Below are positions 8,599 through 20,346 of a stretch of 28,315 nt of DNA, in pieces. The DNA comes from Kofleriaceae bacterium (lineage in GTDB: Bacteria; Myxococcota_A; Polyangia; Haliangiales; Haliangiaceae). The translations under genes and the position numbers were made by a program. Below the pieces are notes generated by a model. It was not told where the DNA came from. It ran no database searches and saw nothing but the letters and a program-made list of their open reading frames with translations. The stretch spans positions 1 to 28,315 of the forward strand of contig JBKJLC010000032.1 in NCBI GenBank assembly GCA_046597055.1. The letters are read 5' to 3'. Every line of letters begins with the position of its first letter. The stretch's first letter is position 1.

Positions 8599-8772
8599 AT
8601 GAAGAAGAACAGCAAGAAGCTCACCCTCGGCCGCGAGACCCTGCGCACCCTCGGCGAGGGCATCGAGTCGATCAACGAGCTTGCCAATGTTGCCGGCGGC
8701 ACCTGGGGCAGCGGCCGGACCTTCGCGTCGAAGTGGAACTGCTCGGTCGGCGCCTGCAACGACGGAGACTGA
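8599..8772 (+). CDS. Putative RiPP (lanthipeptide-like) precursor peptide, 57 aa
   Basis: GGAG RBS at 8588-8591. Leader MKKNSKKLTLGRETLRTL, double-Gly site ELANVAGG, core TWGSGRTFASKWNCSVGACNDGD with Ser/Thr and 2 Cys. Confidence 0.75.
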   Translation: MKKNSKKLTLGRETLRTLGEGIESINELANVAGGTWGSGRTFASKWNCSVGACNDGD

Positions 8773-8842
8773 CAGTGATGGGCCGACAGGCCGCCGCCAT
8801 CGCACGGCCGCGATGACGCACTGATATCCAGACTGACAGAGA

Positions 8843-8873
8843 ATGGAGCCGGAGGTCGCACCTCCGGCTCCAT
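8843..8873. other. Perfect 14-bp hairpin downstream of the peptide gene (terminator- or stabiliser-like, no U-tract)
   Basis: ATGGAGCCGGAGGT-cgc-ACCTCCGGCTCCAT between convergent genes. Confidence 0.6.
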
Positions 8874-9095
8874 CTCGACGTCGCGAATTTTCGCCAGTCA
8901 GGACTGGCACTCAGCCACTGGCGATCACTCGCCACGGCCCGCCCCACGCACGCCACGCGCGTGGGCGGCCCCATGGGCCCGACATCGATCGGCGGGGGCC
9001 AGCCTCCCGCCCGTCACGCCCGGGTCTCACCGGCGGCGCAGCGCCGCTTCGGGGCCCCGTGAGCCCGGACCTCGCGCCGTCGCCCCGCCCACGCG

Positions 9096-9920
9096 TCAGG
9101 TCGCGCTGGGCTGCCGGTCGACCCGGCGTAGCCCGGCCTTGTGCAGGCGGGTCGCGAGCTTGACGCGCGGGCTCGAGCCGACCGGCCGGTAGTGCAGGTG
9201 CGCACCGTCGGCCACGGTCACCAGCGGCGACCGCTCGCCCAGCCCGGCCGCCTCGAGCCGGGCGCGCACGCGATCGCGCATGGCGGCGTCGTCGGTCAGG
9301 AGCATGAGCGTCTTGTGCTGCGTGAGCCGCCAGGTCGAGCGCGGCGTCCGCACGTACACCGCCAGGTCGACGTGGCCGTTGGCGAGCAGCTCGTCCTCGA
9401 AGTCGTCGAGGAACCGGATCGCACGGCGGACGTCGTTGAGCCGCGGGGTCAGCCACACCTCGGTGGTGGTGCCGCCGTCGTGGTGCGGGGCGATCTGCAC
9501 CTCGACGTTGTCGACCACCGGCAACCGCTCGACGACGTCGAGGAAGCACTCGTGAACGTCGTCGCCGGCGACCACCGCCTCGAGCACCAGCGCGCCCGCC
9601 TCGTCGCGCGAGCTCCAGCCGGGCACGATCGCCGCCGCCGGCCCGGCCTCGCCGAGCACGGGCAGCACGCCGCCGGGGAACCGGAACCGATCGAGCGGGC
9701 CCGGCGCGCCGCGCTCGACGACCACGCCCTTGCCGACCGACTCGCCCAGGGGCACCTCGCCGGGCGTGGCCGGCGCCGCCGCCACCGGCCACACGGTCCG
9801 ATCGCGCCCGAGCCGGGCCGCCGCGACCGCGATCGCCTCGCCGAGGTGAGTGCCGGGCGCGACCGCGAGGCGCACGCCTCCGTCGTCGGCAAACGCGATC
9901 CGGTACCAGGTCTCGCTCAT
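9096..9920 (-). CDS. Hypothetical protein, 274 aa
   Basis: Natural amino-acid composition and strong GC3 bias; last gene of a same-strand three-gene run. No family recognised. Confidence 0.8.
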   Translation of the reverse strand: MSETWYRIAFADDGGVRLAVAPGTHLGEAIAVAAARLGRDRTVWPVAAAPATPGEVPLGESVGKGVVVERGAPGPLDRFRFPGGVLPVLGEAGPAAAIVPGWSSRDEAGALVLEAVVAGDDVHECFLDVVERLPVVDNVEVQIAPHHDGGTTTEVWLTPRLNDVRRAIRFLDDFEDELLANGHVDLAVYVRTPRSTWRLTQHKTLMLLTDDAAMRDRVRARLEAAGLGERSPLVTVADGAHLHYRPVGSSPRVKLATRLHKAGLRRVDRQPSAT

Positions 9921-9936
9921 CGCGGGGTCGACTCTC

Positions 9937-11187
9937 TCACGGCGGGTCGACGCCGGCGTCGCCGGGCCTGATCAGGCCGGCATCGGCTTCGGACGCGAGT
10001 CGCGCGGCCAGCCGCACCAGCACCACGCTGACGTGCTCCGCGACCAGGCCGCCGCGGGCGGTGCCGTCATCGGTCGAGCCGCGCGCGTCGATCGCGCTCC
10101 ACGCAGCGTCGAACGGGGTGTCACGCGACACGAACATGCCCAGCGCCGACGTGCGATCGCGCTCGAGCGGCGGGAACAGCGGCGACGGATAATGGAGCGA
10201 GGTCGGCGGGTCTGGCGTCACCACCGCACCCTCGACCTGGAGGTTGACGTCGTCGACGACCAGGCCGACCACGAGGCCCTCGGGCGGGAAGAACGGCAGG
10301 CTCATGCTGCGCAGCACCCCGGTGACGTCGGTCGGCTTGACCACGAAGCCGCGCGCGTGGATCACGCCGCCGGTATCGACCACCGGCTCGAAGCAGGTGA
10401 GCGAGGCGGTCGACTGCGGCGCCTGGTACAGGACCCACAGGCACTGCACGCCCTCGGGCCGCTGATCGAGCCGCAGCCGCCAGGTCGGCTCCTCGCCGGC
10501 GGTCGGCGTGAGCTCGACCAGCTGCGCGTTGTTGATGGTCCGGACACCGTCGCCCTGGTCGATCGGCACGCCGAGCTTCACGGTCAGCCGGGGCACGTCG
10601 CGCGCGGTCTGGCGCACGACGTCGAAGTCGTACAGCGTCGCGACCACGGTCACGCTGGTGTCCGGGCAGTCGAGCGACGCGGTGCTCGGACAGCCGAGCT
10701 CGACCTCCGCGGTCCGGTCGTGGCCGACGTCGAAGTAGGCCTCGCCGCCGATCGCCGGCAGCGGGTTCTGTAGCTTGGGCACACCGTTGACGAACTCGGC
10801 GGTGGCCGGACAGCCGCGCTCGTCGACGTCGCCGGGCTGCAGGGCGTCGGCCGCCCACACGGCGATCTGGACCTTGACCATCGTGTTGGGGATCTCGCTG
10901 CGCGGGATCTGCAGCTCGCCGAGCTTGCACGCGTCGCCGCCGGCCGGCAGATCGAAGCACTCCGTGTAGTACGGCCGGTCGGGATCGACCGCGTCGACCA
11001 CCCGGATGCGCGCCTTGGCGTCGCACGTCATCGGGATCGATGCGCACCGGCGCTCGGCCTCGGGCGCGCGGGCCGGGCACAGCTGGTCGTCGCGCCAGCC
11101 GAGCTGCAGCCGGAACGAGTCGTCGGCGGGGCCGCAGCCGGCCACCACCGCGACCAGCGCGAGCCCGAGCCAGGTGGCGCCGCTCAT
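9937..11187 (-). CDS. Cys-rich putative lipoprotein
   Basis: MSGATWLGLALVAVVAGC lipobox, several Cys, beta-rich C-terminal region. ATGA overlap with the upstream stop at 11184-11187. Confidence 0.8.
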   Translation of the reverse strand: MSGATWLGLALVAVVAGCGPADDSFRLQLGWRDDQLCPARAPEAERRCASIPMTCDAKARIRVVDAVDPDRPYYTECFDLPAGGDACKLGELQIPRSEIPNTMVKVQIAVWAADALQPGDVDERGCPATAEFVNGVPKLQNPLPAIGGEAYFDVGHDRTAEVELGCPSTASLDCPDTSVTVVATLYDFDVVRQTARDVPRLTVKLGVPIDQGDGVRTINNAQLVELTPTAGEEPTWRLRLDQRPEGVQCLWVLYQAPQSTASLTCFEPVVDTGGVIHARGFVVKPTDVTGVLRSMSLPFFPPEGLVVGLVVDDVNLQVEGAVVTPDPPTSLHYPSPLFPPLERDRTSALGMFVSRDTPFDAAWSAIDARGSTDDGTARGGLVAEHVSVVLVRLAARLASEADAGLIRPGDAGVDPP

Positions 11188-12425
11188 TCGACGTCGACCC
11201 CGTCGAGCGTGCTGGTGCCGGGGGCGCGGGTGACGATCGCGGTGACCACGCCGATCACGATCAGCCCCGCGGTCGCGCCGAAGGTCGCCCGGGCCCAGCG
11301 CCGCCGCCACCACGGGCCCTCGACCACCGGCGGCACCGGATTGGTCGGCCGCCGGAGCCCGGGCTCGGGCCGCGGCCGCGGCAGCGGGCGCAACGGGCGC
11401 ACCACCGCCGCGACGTCGTCGCCGATCGTCCGCGCCGGGCCCAGCCCGCCGGTGGCGGTGTACAGCCGCGCGACCAGCTCGCCGGTCGCGTCGGTCGTCA
11501 CGATCACCGCGTCGCGGGCGTCGACCAGCCCCAGCAGGCGGGCGACCGCGTCGGCCCGGACCCGGTCGTTGGGCGCTGCCACCAGACGATCGCGGGCCCG
11601 TCCCAGCCGGACCGGGTCGGCTGCGATTACCACCGTCAGCGGGACGCTCACCGTCTGACCGACCGCCGACTCGACCCGCCGGCCGCGCGGCTCGATGTCC
11701 TCGCCCTGGACGGTGACAATGTGAGGTCCGGCCACGATGGTGACCCGGGCTGGCTCGCCCCCGACCGAGGCCCCGTCGATCAGGACCTCGGCCGCGCCCG
11801 ACGCGGTCACCAGCAGGGCCCCCGAAGGGGTCCGGGGCACGCCGGCCGCGGCGAACGCCTGGACCAGGTCCGGCAGGTAGCGGGCCCGGTCGAGGACGCG
11901 TCCCGGGTCGAGCCGGTGCACCAGCGCGAAGGTCGGCGCCGCCGCCTGCAGCCCGGCCTCGCCGGCGATCCCGAGTCCCTCGGCGAACACCAGGTCGGCC
12001 AGCAGCTTGCGCGCCCGCGGATCGCCGGCGGCGGCCGCGACCGCGTCCTGCGCCGCGCGGGCCCGGTCAGCGGCCTGGCGGTAGGCGAACCGGCCGAGGA
12101 GCTCGCGGGCCTCGACCAGCGCCGCCTCGGCCGCAGCCCGGCCGCCCGTGTCGGTGGGTGTCGGCTGGCGGAGCGCGTCAGTGAACCGGGCCGCGACCGG
12201 CGCCAGGGCCGGGTCGGGCCCCAGCGCCACCGAGATCCGCGCGACCGCGGCCGCGCCCCGGCCATCTTCGGTGGCGTCGACGACCAGGACCGGGCGCTCG
12301 TCGGCGGCGGCCGGGCCGATCCCGAGCCCGAGGGCGGCCGCCCCGAGGAGCACGGTCAACCGACGAGCACGGCGCCAGCCATGTGTGACATCATGCGCTC
12401 GGCGCTGCGTCGTCGCGGCGTCCAT
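11184..12425 (-). CDS. Exported PEGA-domain protein with a C-terminal membrane helix
   Basis: Signal-like LTVLLGAAALGLGIGPAAA, helical Ala-rich region, PEGA-like AEVLIDGASVG...GPHIVTV, and PWWRRRW before a hydrophobic helix. The start is uncertain; ATG 12425 follows TATAAT. Confidence 0.75.
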   Translation of the reverse strand: MDAATTQRRAHDVTHGWRRARRLTVLLGAAALGLGIGPAAADERPVLVVDATEDGRGAAAVARISVALGPDPALAPVAARFTDALRQPTPTDTGGRAAAEAALVEARELLGRFAYRQAADRARAAQDAVAAAAGDPRARKLLADLVFAEGLGIAGEAGLQAAAPTFALVHRLDPGRVLDRARYLPDLVQAFAAAGVPRTPSGALLVTASGAAEVLIDGASVGGEPARVTIVAGPHIVTVQGEDIEPRGRRVESAVGQTVSVPLTVVIAADPVRLGRARDRLVAAPNDRVRADAVARLLGLVDARDAVIVTTDATGELVARLYTATGGLGPARTIGDDVAAVVRPLRPLPRPRPEPGLRRPTNPVPPVVEGPWWRRRWARATFGATAGLIVIGVVTAIVTRAPGTSTLDGVDVE

Positions 12426-12453
12426 ACCCGAAGGATTATAGGTCACGTCCCCG

Positions 12454-14661
<2,208 letters not shown>

Positions 14662-14670
14662 CGACCGGCG

Positions 14671-14976
14671 TCAGCGCTTGCCGGGCTTGCGTCGCGGCGC
14701 CAGCTCGACGGTGACGTCGCCGGTGACCTGGGTCCGACACGACAGCCGCACCCGGGTCAGGTGGTAGAGGTTGCCGAGGTGGCGCTCTTCCTCCTCGGAG
14801 TACGCCGACAGCGCGTCGGCGCCGGCCACGACCTTGACCCGGCACAGCCCGCAGGTGCCCTTGCCCACACACGCGGTCTCGATCGAGATGCCGGCCTGCG
14901 CACCGGCGTCGAACAGGCTGGTCCCGGTCGCGCACTCGACCACGGTCCCGGCTGGCAGGAAGGTCACGCGCGCCAT
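14671..14976 (-). CDS. 2Fe-2S ferredoxin, 101 aa
   Basis: CVGKGTCGLC (C-X5-C-X2-C) plus RLSC. The start overlaps the mpg stop (TGATG). Confidence 0.9.
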   Translation of the reverse strand: MARVTFLPAGTVVECATGTSLFDAGAQAGISIETACVGKGTCGLCRVKVVAGADALSAYSEEEERHLGNLYHLTRVRLSCRTQVTGDVTVELAPRRKPGKR

Positions 14977-15554
14977 CAGCGCCTCGACACCGACGGATGT
15001 CCGCTGATCGAGAACCGCAGCGGCTCGGCCGCCCATGCGCCCGCGAAGTCGACCCCGACCCGGGGCCCGGTCGCGATCGTCGCCGGCGCGACCCGCGCGT
15101 GACGGGCGATGAACAGCGCGTCGCCATCGAGCGCGAGCCCGTGCTGCGCGCGCGACAGGCCGAGCGCGCGGGTCACCTTGCCGGGCCCACGCCCGACCGT
15201 CGGCTCCGCGGGCAGCCCGACCAGCGGCGCGATCGCGCGCACCAGCACGGCGCCGGCATCACCGTCGACGCTGGTGACGATGTTGAACATCTCGTGCACG
15301 CCATAGCACAGGTACACGTAGCTGATGCCGCCGGGGCCGAACATGACCCGGTTGCGGTCGGTCGGCCCGAACCGCGCGTGCGACGCGAGATCGTCGGGGC
15401 CTCGGTACGCCTCGGTCTCCACGATCACCCCGGCACGCTCGCCGTGCACCAGCGCGCAGCCGAGCAGCGCGCGCGCCACCACCGCGTGGTCGCGCCGGTA
15501 GAAGCGGGTGCCCAGCCGGCGCCCGCGCAGGGCCGCGATCGCCGGCGGGGCCAT
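14976..15554 (-). CDS. mpg: DNA-3-methyladenine glycosylase (MPG/AAG family)
   Basis: [50 protein letters not shown]. Confidence 0.92.
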   Translation of the reverse strand: MAPPAIAALRGRRLGTRFYRRDHAVVARALLGCALVHGERAGVIVETEAYRGPDDLASHARFGPTDRNRVMFGPGGISYVYLCYGVHEMFNIVTSVDGDAGAVLVRAIAPLVGLPAEPTVGRGPGKVTRALGLSRAQHGLALDGDALFIARHARVAPATIATGPRVGVDFAGAWAAEPLRFSISGHPSVSRR

Positions 15555-15557
15555 CGG

Positions 15558-16334
15558 TCAGACGCCGGCGGCCGCGCCGCGCCGCGCCGGGTCGGCGCAG
15601 GCCAGGAGCTGCGCGCGATCGATCTGCGCGACCACCTCGGCCACCCGCGGTTGCGCCTGCAGCGCGTCGAGCAGCGCGCTGGCGGCCTCGACGTACGCGG
15701 CCGGGGCCAGCACGCCCTGGAGCAGCCGGAACCGCAGCAGCAGGAACGCGGTCTGCACCACGTCGGCCAGGCAGTACTGCTGGATCTTGGCGAGCTGGCC
15801 CGCGCGGAACAAGCCCTCGACCTGCGAGCCGTCGACGCCGACCTTGCCGGGCAGGCCGATCAACCGCGCCACCGCGTCGAGCTTGCCGGACCGGGTCGCG
15901 CCGTGATCAGCGAGCCAGTCGCACAGGTCGATGTGGCCCTCCTCGCTGTACCGGTAGCGCACGCCGCGCTCCTGGTAGTACCAGGCCAGCGGCACGCCGT
16001 GCGACAGCGACCGCAGCGCGATCACCGGCAGGTCGAACGCGCGGCCGTTGTAGGTCACCAGCACCGGCTTGGCGCGGCCCACGAACCGCGACAGCTCGAT
16101 CAGGATGTGGCGCTCGTCGGTGTCGGTGCCCGGCCCCTCGCCGATCACGCCCATCCGGCGCAGGCGGTAGTCGGCGCCAAACCACAGGCAACCAACCACG
16201 ATGATGCGGTGCGCCCAGGTCGGCGGGAACGGTGGTTCCACCCCGTGCGGGGTCTCGGGCCGCGACCAGCGCGCCACGTCGGGGACCGTCTCGATGTCGA
16301 GAACGAGGTACTCGGAGCCGGGACCGCGTGCCAC
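15558..16334 (-). CDS. Stand-alone PolB-like DEDD 3'-5' exonuclease
   Basis: LDIET (ExoI), YNGRAFDLP (ExoII), HIDLCD, GLPGK, YCLADV (ExoIII). Start reassigned to GTG 16334 after the extended -10 TGCTACCGT. Confidence 0.88.
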   Translation of the reverse strand: MARGPGSEYLVLDIETVPDVARWSRPETPHGVEPPFPPTWAHRIIVVGCLWFGADYRLRRMGVIGEGPGTDTDERHILIELSRFVGRAKPVLVTYNGRAFDLPVIALRSLSHGVPLAWYYQERGVRYRYSEEGHIDLCDWLADHGATRSGKLDAVARLIGLPGKVGVDGSQVEGLFRAGQLAKIQQYCLADVVQTAFLLLRFRLLQGVLAPAAYVEAASALLDALQAQPRVAEVVAQIDRAQLLACADPARRGAAAGV

Positions 16335-16478
16335 CGCCGGACGGTAGCACCCGGGACCGACGTCGGTACGCGCACTTGCGGGCCGCGAGCATCGGACATC
16401 GGCAGACATCACGATGTGCAAGATGCTGTGATGCTTATCGCTTGGAGCCGGACCGCTTCCTGACGACAATGGCCCCAG

Positions 16479-18083
16479 ATGCGACGCCTGCCTGCCGTCC
16501 TCGCCGCCATCGCCGCGCTCGGTCTCCCGACCACCCCGGTCGTGGCCGCGGAGCCCCAGCAATGCCGCGTGGTCGACATCGACTTCAAGCCGGCCGACCG
16601 CCTGCAAATCGTCGCCTGGCTCGAGGACACCGGGGGTAACTTCGTCAAGACGCTCTACGTGACCGACGGCGTCGGCCGCCACGGGCTCGGCAATCGCCCC
16701 GGCCGCTTCGACTTCAACAGCGGTCCCAAGTGGCCCTACGGCCGCCGCATCACGACGTTCCCGGTCTGGTCGCACCGCCACGGCGAGCTGTTCCCCAAGC
16801 TGGTCTTCCAGAACACCGAGGACAGCAACCTGTCCCACCCCTTCAACCACTCGTCGTCCGAGATCCACTTCTGTCGGCCGCTCCGGTCCGACGAGGCCGG
16901 CTGGGACACCGGCACCTGCGCGTCGCCGATCTTCACCGACAAGGGCAAGGTCGAGGCCGCCGGCACCAGCCGGTACCCGCCGCGCGCCGACATCGCGCGG
17001 GTCGCCGGCATCGACGACGGCATCGTCGGCATGTTCGACGACATGAACCCGTTCGACGAGGTCTCGGGCGCGACCCCGGTCGCCGATCTCCCGTTCCAGA
17101 TCACCTGGCCGATCCCGTCCGACCTGCCGACCGGCGACTACGTCGTCTGGCTCGAGGTCGCCAAGGAGTTCGACCACAACGCGACCTACAACCCGACCGC
17201 GTACCCGGCGCCAGTCGGGATCCCGTGGAACCTCTACGGCGAGCCGTATCGCGGCCAGCCGTCGGTGGTGTACTCGGTGCCCATCACCATCGGGACCGAG
17301 ACCTCGACCGGCACGGCGCTGACTTACCGCGGCTACGGCGACCCCGATGGCCAGGACGGCACTGTCCGGAGTCCGGACAGCACCATCGACACCGCGACCC
17401 CCGGCTCGGGCGCCGCCCGCCTGCTGCTCCAGGCCGCCGCGGGCGAGACCTTCCGGGTCCGGGTGGTGTCACGGCCGGAGTTCGACGTCGCCATGCCGGG
17501 CTCGGCCGGCGAGCTGCGCGCGGTCGAGGTCGACGACCGGGCCGCGACCCTGTCGTTCGTCGCGCCGGGCGAGGACGGCGAGCTCGGCAAGGTCTCCGGC
17601 TACGAGGTGCGCCTGCGCGCCGGCACGCCGATCACCGAGGCCAACCTGCTCGACGCCGCGATGATCGGCGAGTCGGTCGAGCCTGACGATCCCGGCCAGG
17701 TCCAGCTGTTCGAGCTGCCCGGCCTCTTGCCCCAGACGAACTACTACGTCGCGGTGCGCGCCTACGATGACTGCAAGAACTTCGGGCCGCTGGTGATCAC
17801 GCAGTTCACGACGCCCGATCGCCCGACCGGCGAGGTCGACGCCTGCTTCGTCGCGACCGCCGCCTACGGCTCGGTGCTCGCCAACGAGGTCTCGATGCTG
17901 CGCGCGTTCCGCGAGGGCGTCCTGCGCCGTAGCGTGCTCGGCGAGCTGTTCGTCGAGACCTACTACACGGTCGGCCCCGCCTTTGCCGCGACCATCGATC
18001 ACTCCGACACGCTGCGCCACGCCGCGCGCGACGGGCTCGGCCCGCTGGTCGATCTGGTCAAGGGCCTCAAGGTCGAGCGCTAA
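16479..18083 (+). CDS. Secreted protein: DUF2271-like N-terminal region, fibronectin type III domain and CFI-box-CTERM domain
   Basis: Signal peptide. [20 protein letters not shown]...DEVSGAT...[12 protein letters not shown] (DUF2271-like). [10 protein letters not shown]...YEVR...[16 protein letters not shown] (FN3). [10 protein letters not shown]...LRAFRE...GELFVETYY (CFI-box). Confidence 0.82.
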   Translation: MRRLPAVLAAIAALGLPTTPVVAAEPQQCRVVDIDFKPADRLQIVAWLEDTGGNFVKTLYVTDGVGRHGLGNRPGRFDFNSGPKWPYGRRITTFPVWSHRHGELFPKLVFQNTEDSNLSHPFNHSSSEIHFCRPLRSDEAGWDTGTCASPIFTDKGKVEAAGTSRYPPRADIARVAGIDDGIVGMFDDMNPFDEVSGATPVADLPFQITWPIPSDLPTGDYVVWLEVAKEFDHNATYNPTAYPAPVGIPWNLYGEPYRGQPSVVYSVPITIGTETSTGTALTYRGYGDPDGQDGTVRSPDSTIDTATPGSGAARLLLQAAAGETFRVRVVSRPEFDVAMPGSAGELRAVEVDDRAATLSFVAPGEDGELGKVSGYEVRLRAGTPITEANLLDAAMIGESVEPDDPGQVQLFELPGLLPQTNYYVAVRAYDDCKNFGPLVITQFTTPDRPTGEVDACFVATAAYGSVLANEVSMLRAFREGVLRRSVLGELFVETYYTVGPAFAATIDHSDTLRHAARDGLGPLVDLVKGLKVER

Positions 18084-18102
18084 CTTAGCGCAGCGCTGAC
18101 GG

Positions 18103-18133
18103 GCGCAGCCCGGCACGCCGCGACGGGCTGCGC
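18103..18133. terminator. GC-rich hairpin after the FN3 gene (possible terminator, no U-tract)
   Basis: GCGCAGCCCG-N11-CGGGCTGCGC, 19 nt after the stop. Confidence 0.4.
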
Positions 18134-18376
18134 TCAGGCATCGGCCGAGCAGGGGTCAGTGTTCGAGACCAGCACGGAGGGCGAGCCGAGGCGGGGACGA
18201 GGTCTCAGGCGGGCTCGTAAGTTCCACGGCCGAGTGGTGCCATGCGACGGCGGGTTGGGGCAATGGCACCGGCGTGCGTCACGCCCGGAGACCCCGGATC
18301 GAGCAAGCGCCGGGACCTCGGCCTCGCCGACGGCGAGGCCGGCCGCGCGTGCCGCCAGCGTTTCTCGACGCGCTGC

Positions 18377-18448
18377 CCCTTCGACGGCGGGCTCGCTTGC
18401 GTTCGCCCTGGCTCAGGGACACCGGAACGATGGGCTCAGGGACACCGG
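18377..18448. repeat. REP-like element CCCTTCGAC...GCTCAGGG with a 16-nt direct repeat
   Basis: GGCTCAGGGACACCGG at 18410-18425 and 18433-18448; internal GGCGGGC/GTTCGCC hairpin. Confidence 0.5.
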
Positions 18449-18499
18449 GAGATCTGACCACCGCCAGCGCGGCGCGCACTCGGCCCGGCGCGCGACCGG

Positions 18500-19894
18500 T
18501 CACCGGATCGGCGTGTCGATCCGGTGGTCCTTGGTCTCCTTGATCAGGAGCCCGCCGACCACGCAGGTCACCAGGCACACGACGATCGGGTAGATCAGCC
18601 CGGTGTAGCGGGCGCCGCTGCCGAAGTGCTCGTGCGCCCAGGCCGAGGTGGTCACCGCGGTCGCGATCAGCGGCAGGAACCCACCGAACCAGCCGTTGCC
18701 GAGGTGGTAGGGCAGCGACATCGACGTGTAGCGGATCGCGGTCGGGAACAGCTCGACCAGGAAGGCGGCGATCGGTCCGTACACCATCGTCACGTAGATC
18801 ATCTGCACCCACAGCAGCGCGACGATGCCCACCGAGTTGGCGATCGGCAGCGACGTGACGTGGGCGGCGCCGGTCGGGTTGGCCAGCGCGTTGATGCCGA
18901 TGAAGATCGGCAGATAGGTCAGCGCCGCCAGCAGGCAGCCGCCGAGCATGATCTTCTTGCGGCCGATGCGATCGCTGAGCCGACCGAACACGATGAAGAA
19001 CGGCGTGCCCAGCGCCAGCGCCACCGCGACCAGCGCGTAGGCCAGCCGCCAGTCGAGGTTGAGCGGCTTCTGCAGGAAGGTCAGCGCGTAGAACTGGCCG
19101 GTGTACCAGACCACGCCCTGACCGGCGGTCGCGCCGAACAGCGCCAGCAGCACGAACCTCAGGTTGCGCGGGTTGCCGAAGCTCTCGCGCAGCGGGTTGA
19201 CCGACACCTGGCCATCGCGCTTCAGCTTGGCGAACAGCGGTGACTCCGCCATGCGCAGGCGCACGTAGAGCGAGACGCCGAGCAGCCCGAACGAGGCGAG
19301 GAACGGGATGCGCCAGCCCCACGCCATGAACGCGTCGCCGCCCAGCGCGAGCCGGCACCCGCCGATCACCGCGAGCGACAGGAAGAAGCCGAGGGTCGCC
19401 GTGGTCTGGATGAAGCTGGTGTAGTAGCCGCGGCGATCGTCGGGCACGTGCTCGGCAACGTAGGTTGCCGCGCCGCCGTACTCGCCGCCGAGCGCGAGCC
19501 CCTGGACCAGGCGCAGCGTCACCAGCAGGATCGGCGCCGCGATCCCGATCGTCTGGTAGGTCGGCAGGAAGCCGATCAGCGCGGTCGACAGCCCCATCGT
19601 CACGATGGTGACGAGGAAGGTGTACTTGCGGCCGACCCGATCGCCGATCCGCCCGAACACCAGCGCGCCGAGCGGCCGCACGCCGAAGCCGGCGCCAAAG
19701 GTTGCGAGGCTGGCGAGCAGGGTCGTGCGCTCGTTGCCGGTCGGGAAGAACAGGCCGCCGAAGAACACCGCGAGGGAGCCATAGAGGTAGAAGTCGAACC
19801 ACTCGAACAGCGTCCCGAGGCTCGACGCGACGATCACGCGGCGGAGGGCGCGCGGATCGGGCGCGGCGCCCGCGACCGATGGGACCTCGTTCAT
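18500..19894 (-). CDS. MFS transporter, metabolite:H+ symporter (MHS) type
   Basis: ASSLGTLFEWFDFYLYG, RPLGALVFGRIGDRVGRK, RLVQGLALGGEYGGA, WGWRIPF, ELFPTAIRYTSMSLPY. Start reassigned to ATG 19894. Confidence 0.93.
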   Translation of the reverse strand: MNEVPSVAGAAPDPRALRRVIVASSLGTLFEWFDFYLYGSLAVFFGGLFFPTGNERTTLLASLATFGAGFGVRPLGALVFGRIGDRVGRKYTFLVTIVTMGLSTALIGFLPTYQTIGIAAPILLVTLRLVQGLALGGEYGGAATYVAEHVPDDRRGYYTSFIQTTATLGFFLSLAVIGGCRLALGGDAFMAWGWRIPFLASFGLLGVSLYVRLRMAESPLFAKLKRDGQVSVNPLRESFGNPRNLRFVLLALFGATAGQGVVWYTGQFYALTFLQKPLNLDWRLAYALVAVALALGTPFFIVFGRLSDRIGRKKIMLGGCLLAALTYLPIFIGINALANPTGAAHVTSLPIANSVGIVALLWVQMIYVTMVYGPIAAFLVELFPTAIRYTSMSLPYHLGNGWFGGFLPLIATAVTTSAWAHEHFGSGARYTGLIYPIVVCLVTCVVGGLLIKETKDHRIDTPIR

Positions 19895-20103
19895 TCGTCG
19901 CATCCTAGCGACACTTGTCGACGTCGCGACCGCGGTTGCGAGCCGATCCGCGCGCGGCGTTTTCGGCGGACCGGACCTGGCGAGGGCTCCGGAGCATGGG
20001 CTACGGTGCGCGCCGTGCGAGTGGCCTGAGGCCTCCACGCACTCGATCTGGCCGACCCGGGGGCACCCCCGGCGGGCCGTAACAGTCACGAAGGAGACAG
20101 ACC

Positions 20104-20313
20104 ATGCGTACTCTGAAGGTTGCGATTCTTGCGCTCGGCCTCGCCGCCCTTGCCACCACCGGCTGCGGCAAGAAGAAGGACGCGGCGACCACGCCCGCCG
20201 CCGAGACCACCACCGAGCCCGCTGGCGACATGCCCGCTGGCGACGCTCCGGCCGATCCGGCCAACCCGTGCGGCGGCGCCGACGGCGCCGATCCGTGCGG
20301 CGGCGGCGAGTGA
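20104..20313 (+). CDS. Small acidic lipoprotein with two (N/D)PCGG motifs
   Basis: AAGGAG RBS, lipobox-like LATTGC, low-complexity linker, ANPCGG and ADPCGG, followed by a terminator. Confidence 0.82.
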   Translation: MRTLKVAILALGLAALATTGCGKKKDAATTPAAETTTEPAGDMPAGDAPADPANPCGGADGADPCGGGE

Positions 20314-20346
20314 TCACTCACTCCTGACCGTTGCTGATACGGCGAA

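Noticed and set aside
6546..8772. Decarboxylase as a tailoring enzyme for the peptide
   Set aside because: Group II PLP decarboxylases act on free amino acids, and the genes are separated by 600 nt containing strong hairpins.
16407..16433. CATCAC-N15-GTGATG inverted repeat in the divergent gap
   Set aside because: Only 6-bp arms and no cognate regulator nearby; too weak to call an operator.
16335..17177. Long N-terminal extension of the exonuclease ORF
   Set aside because: It is antisense to the FN3/CFI-box gene; the exonuclease motifs start just after GTG 16334.
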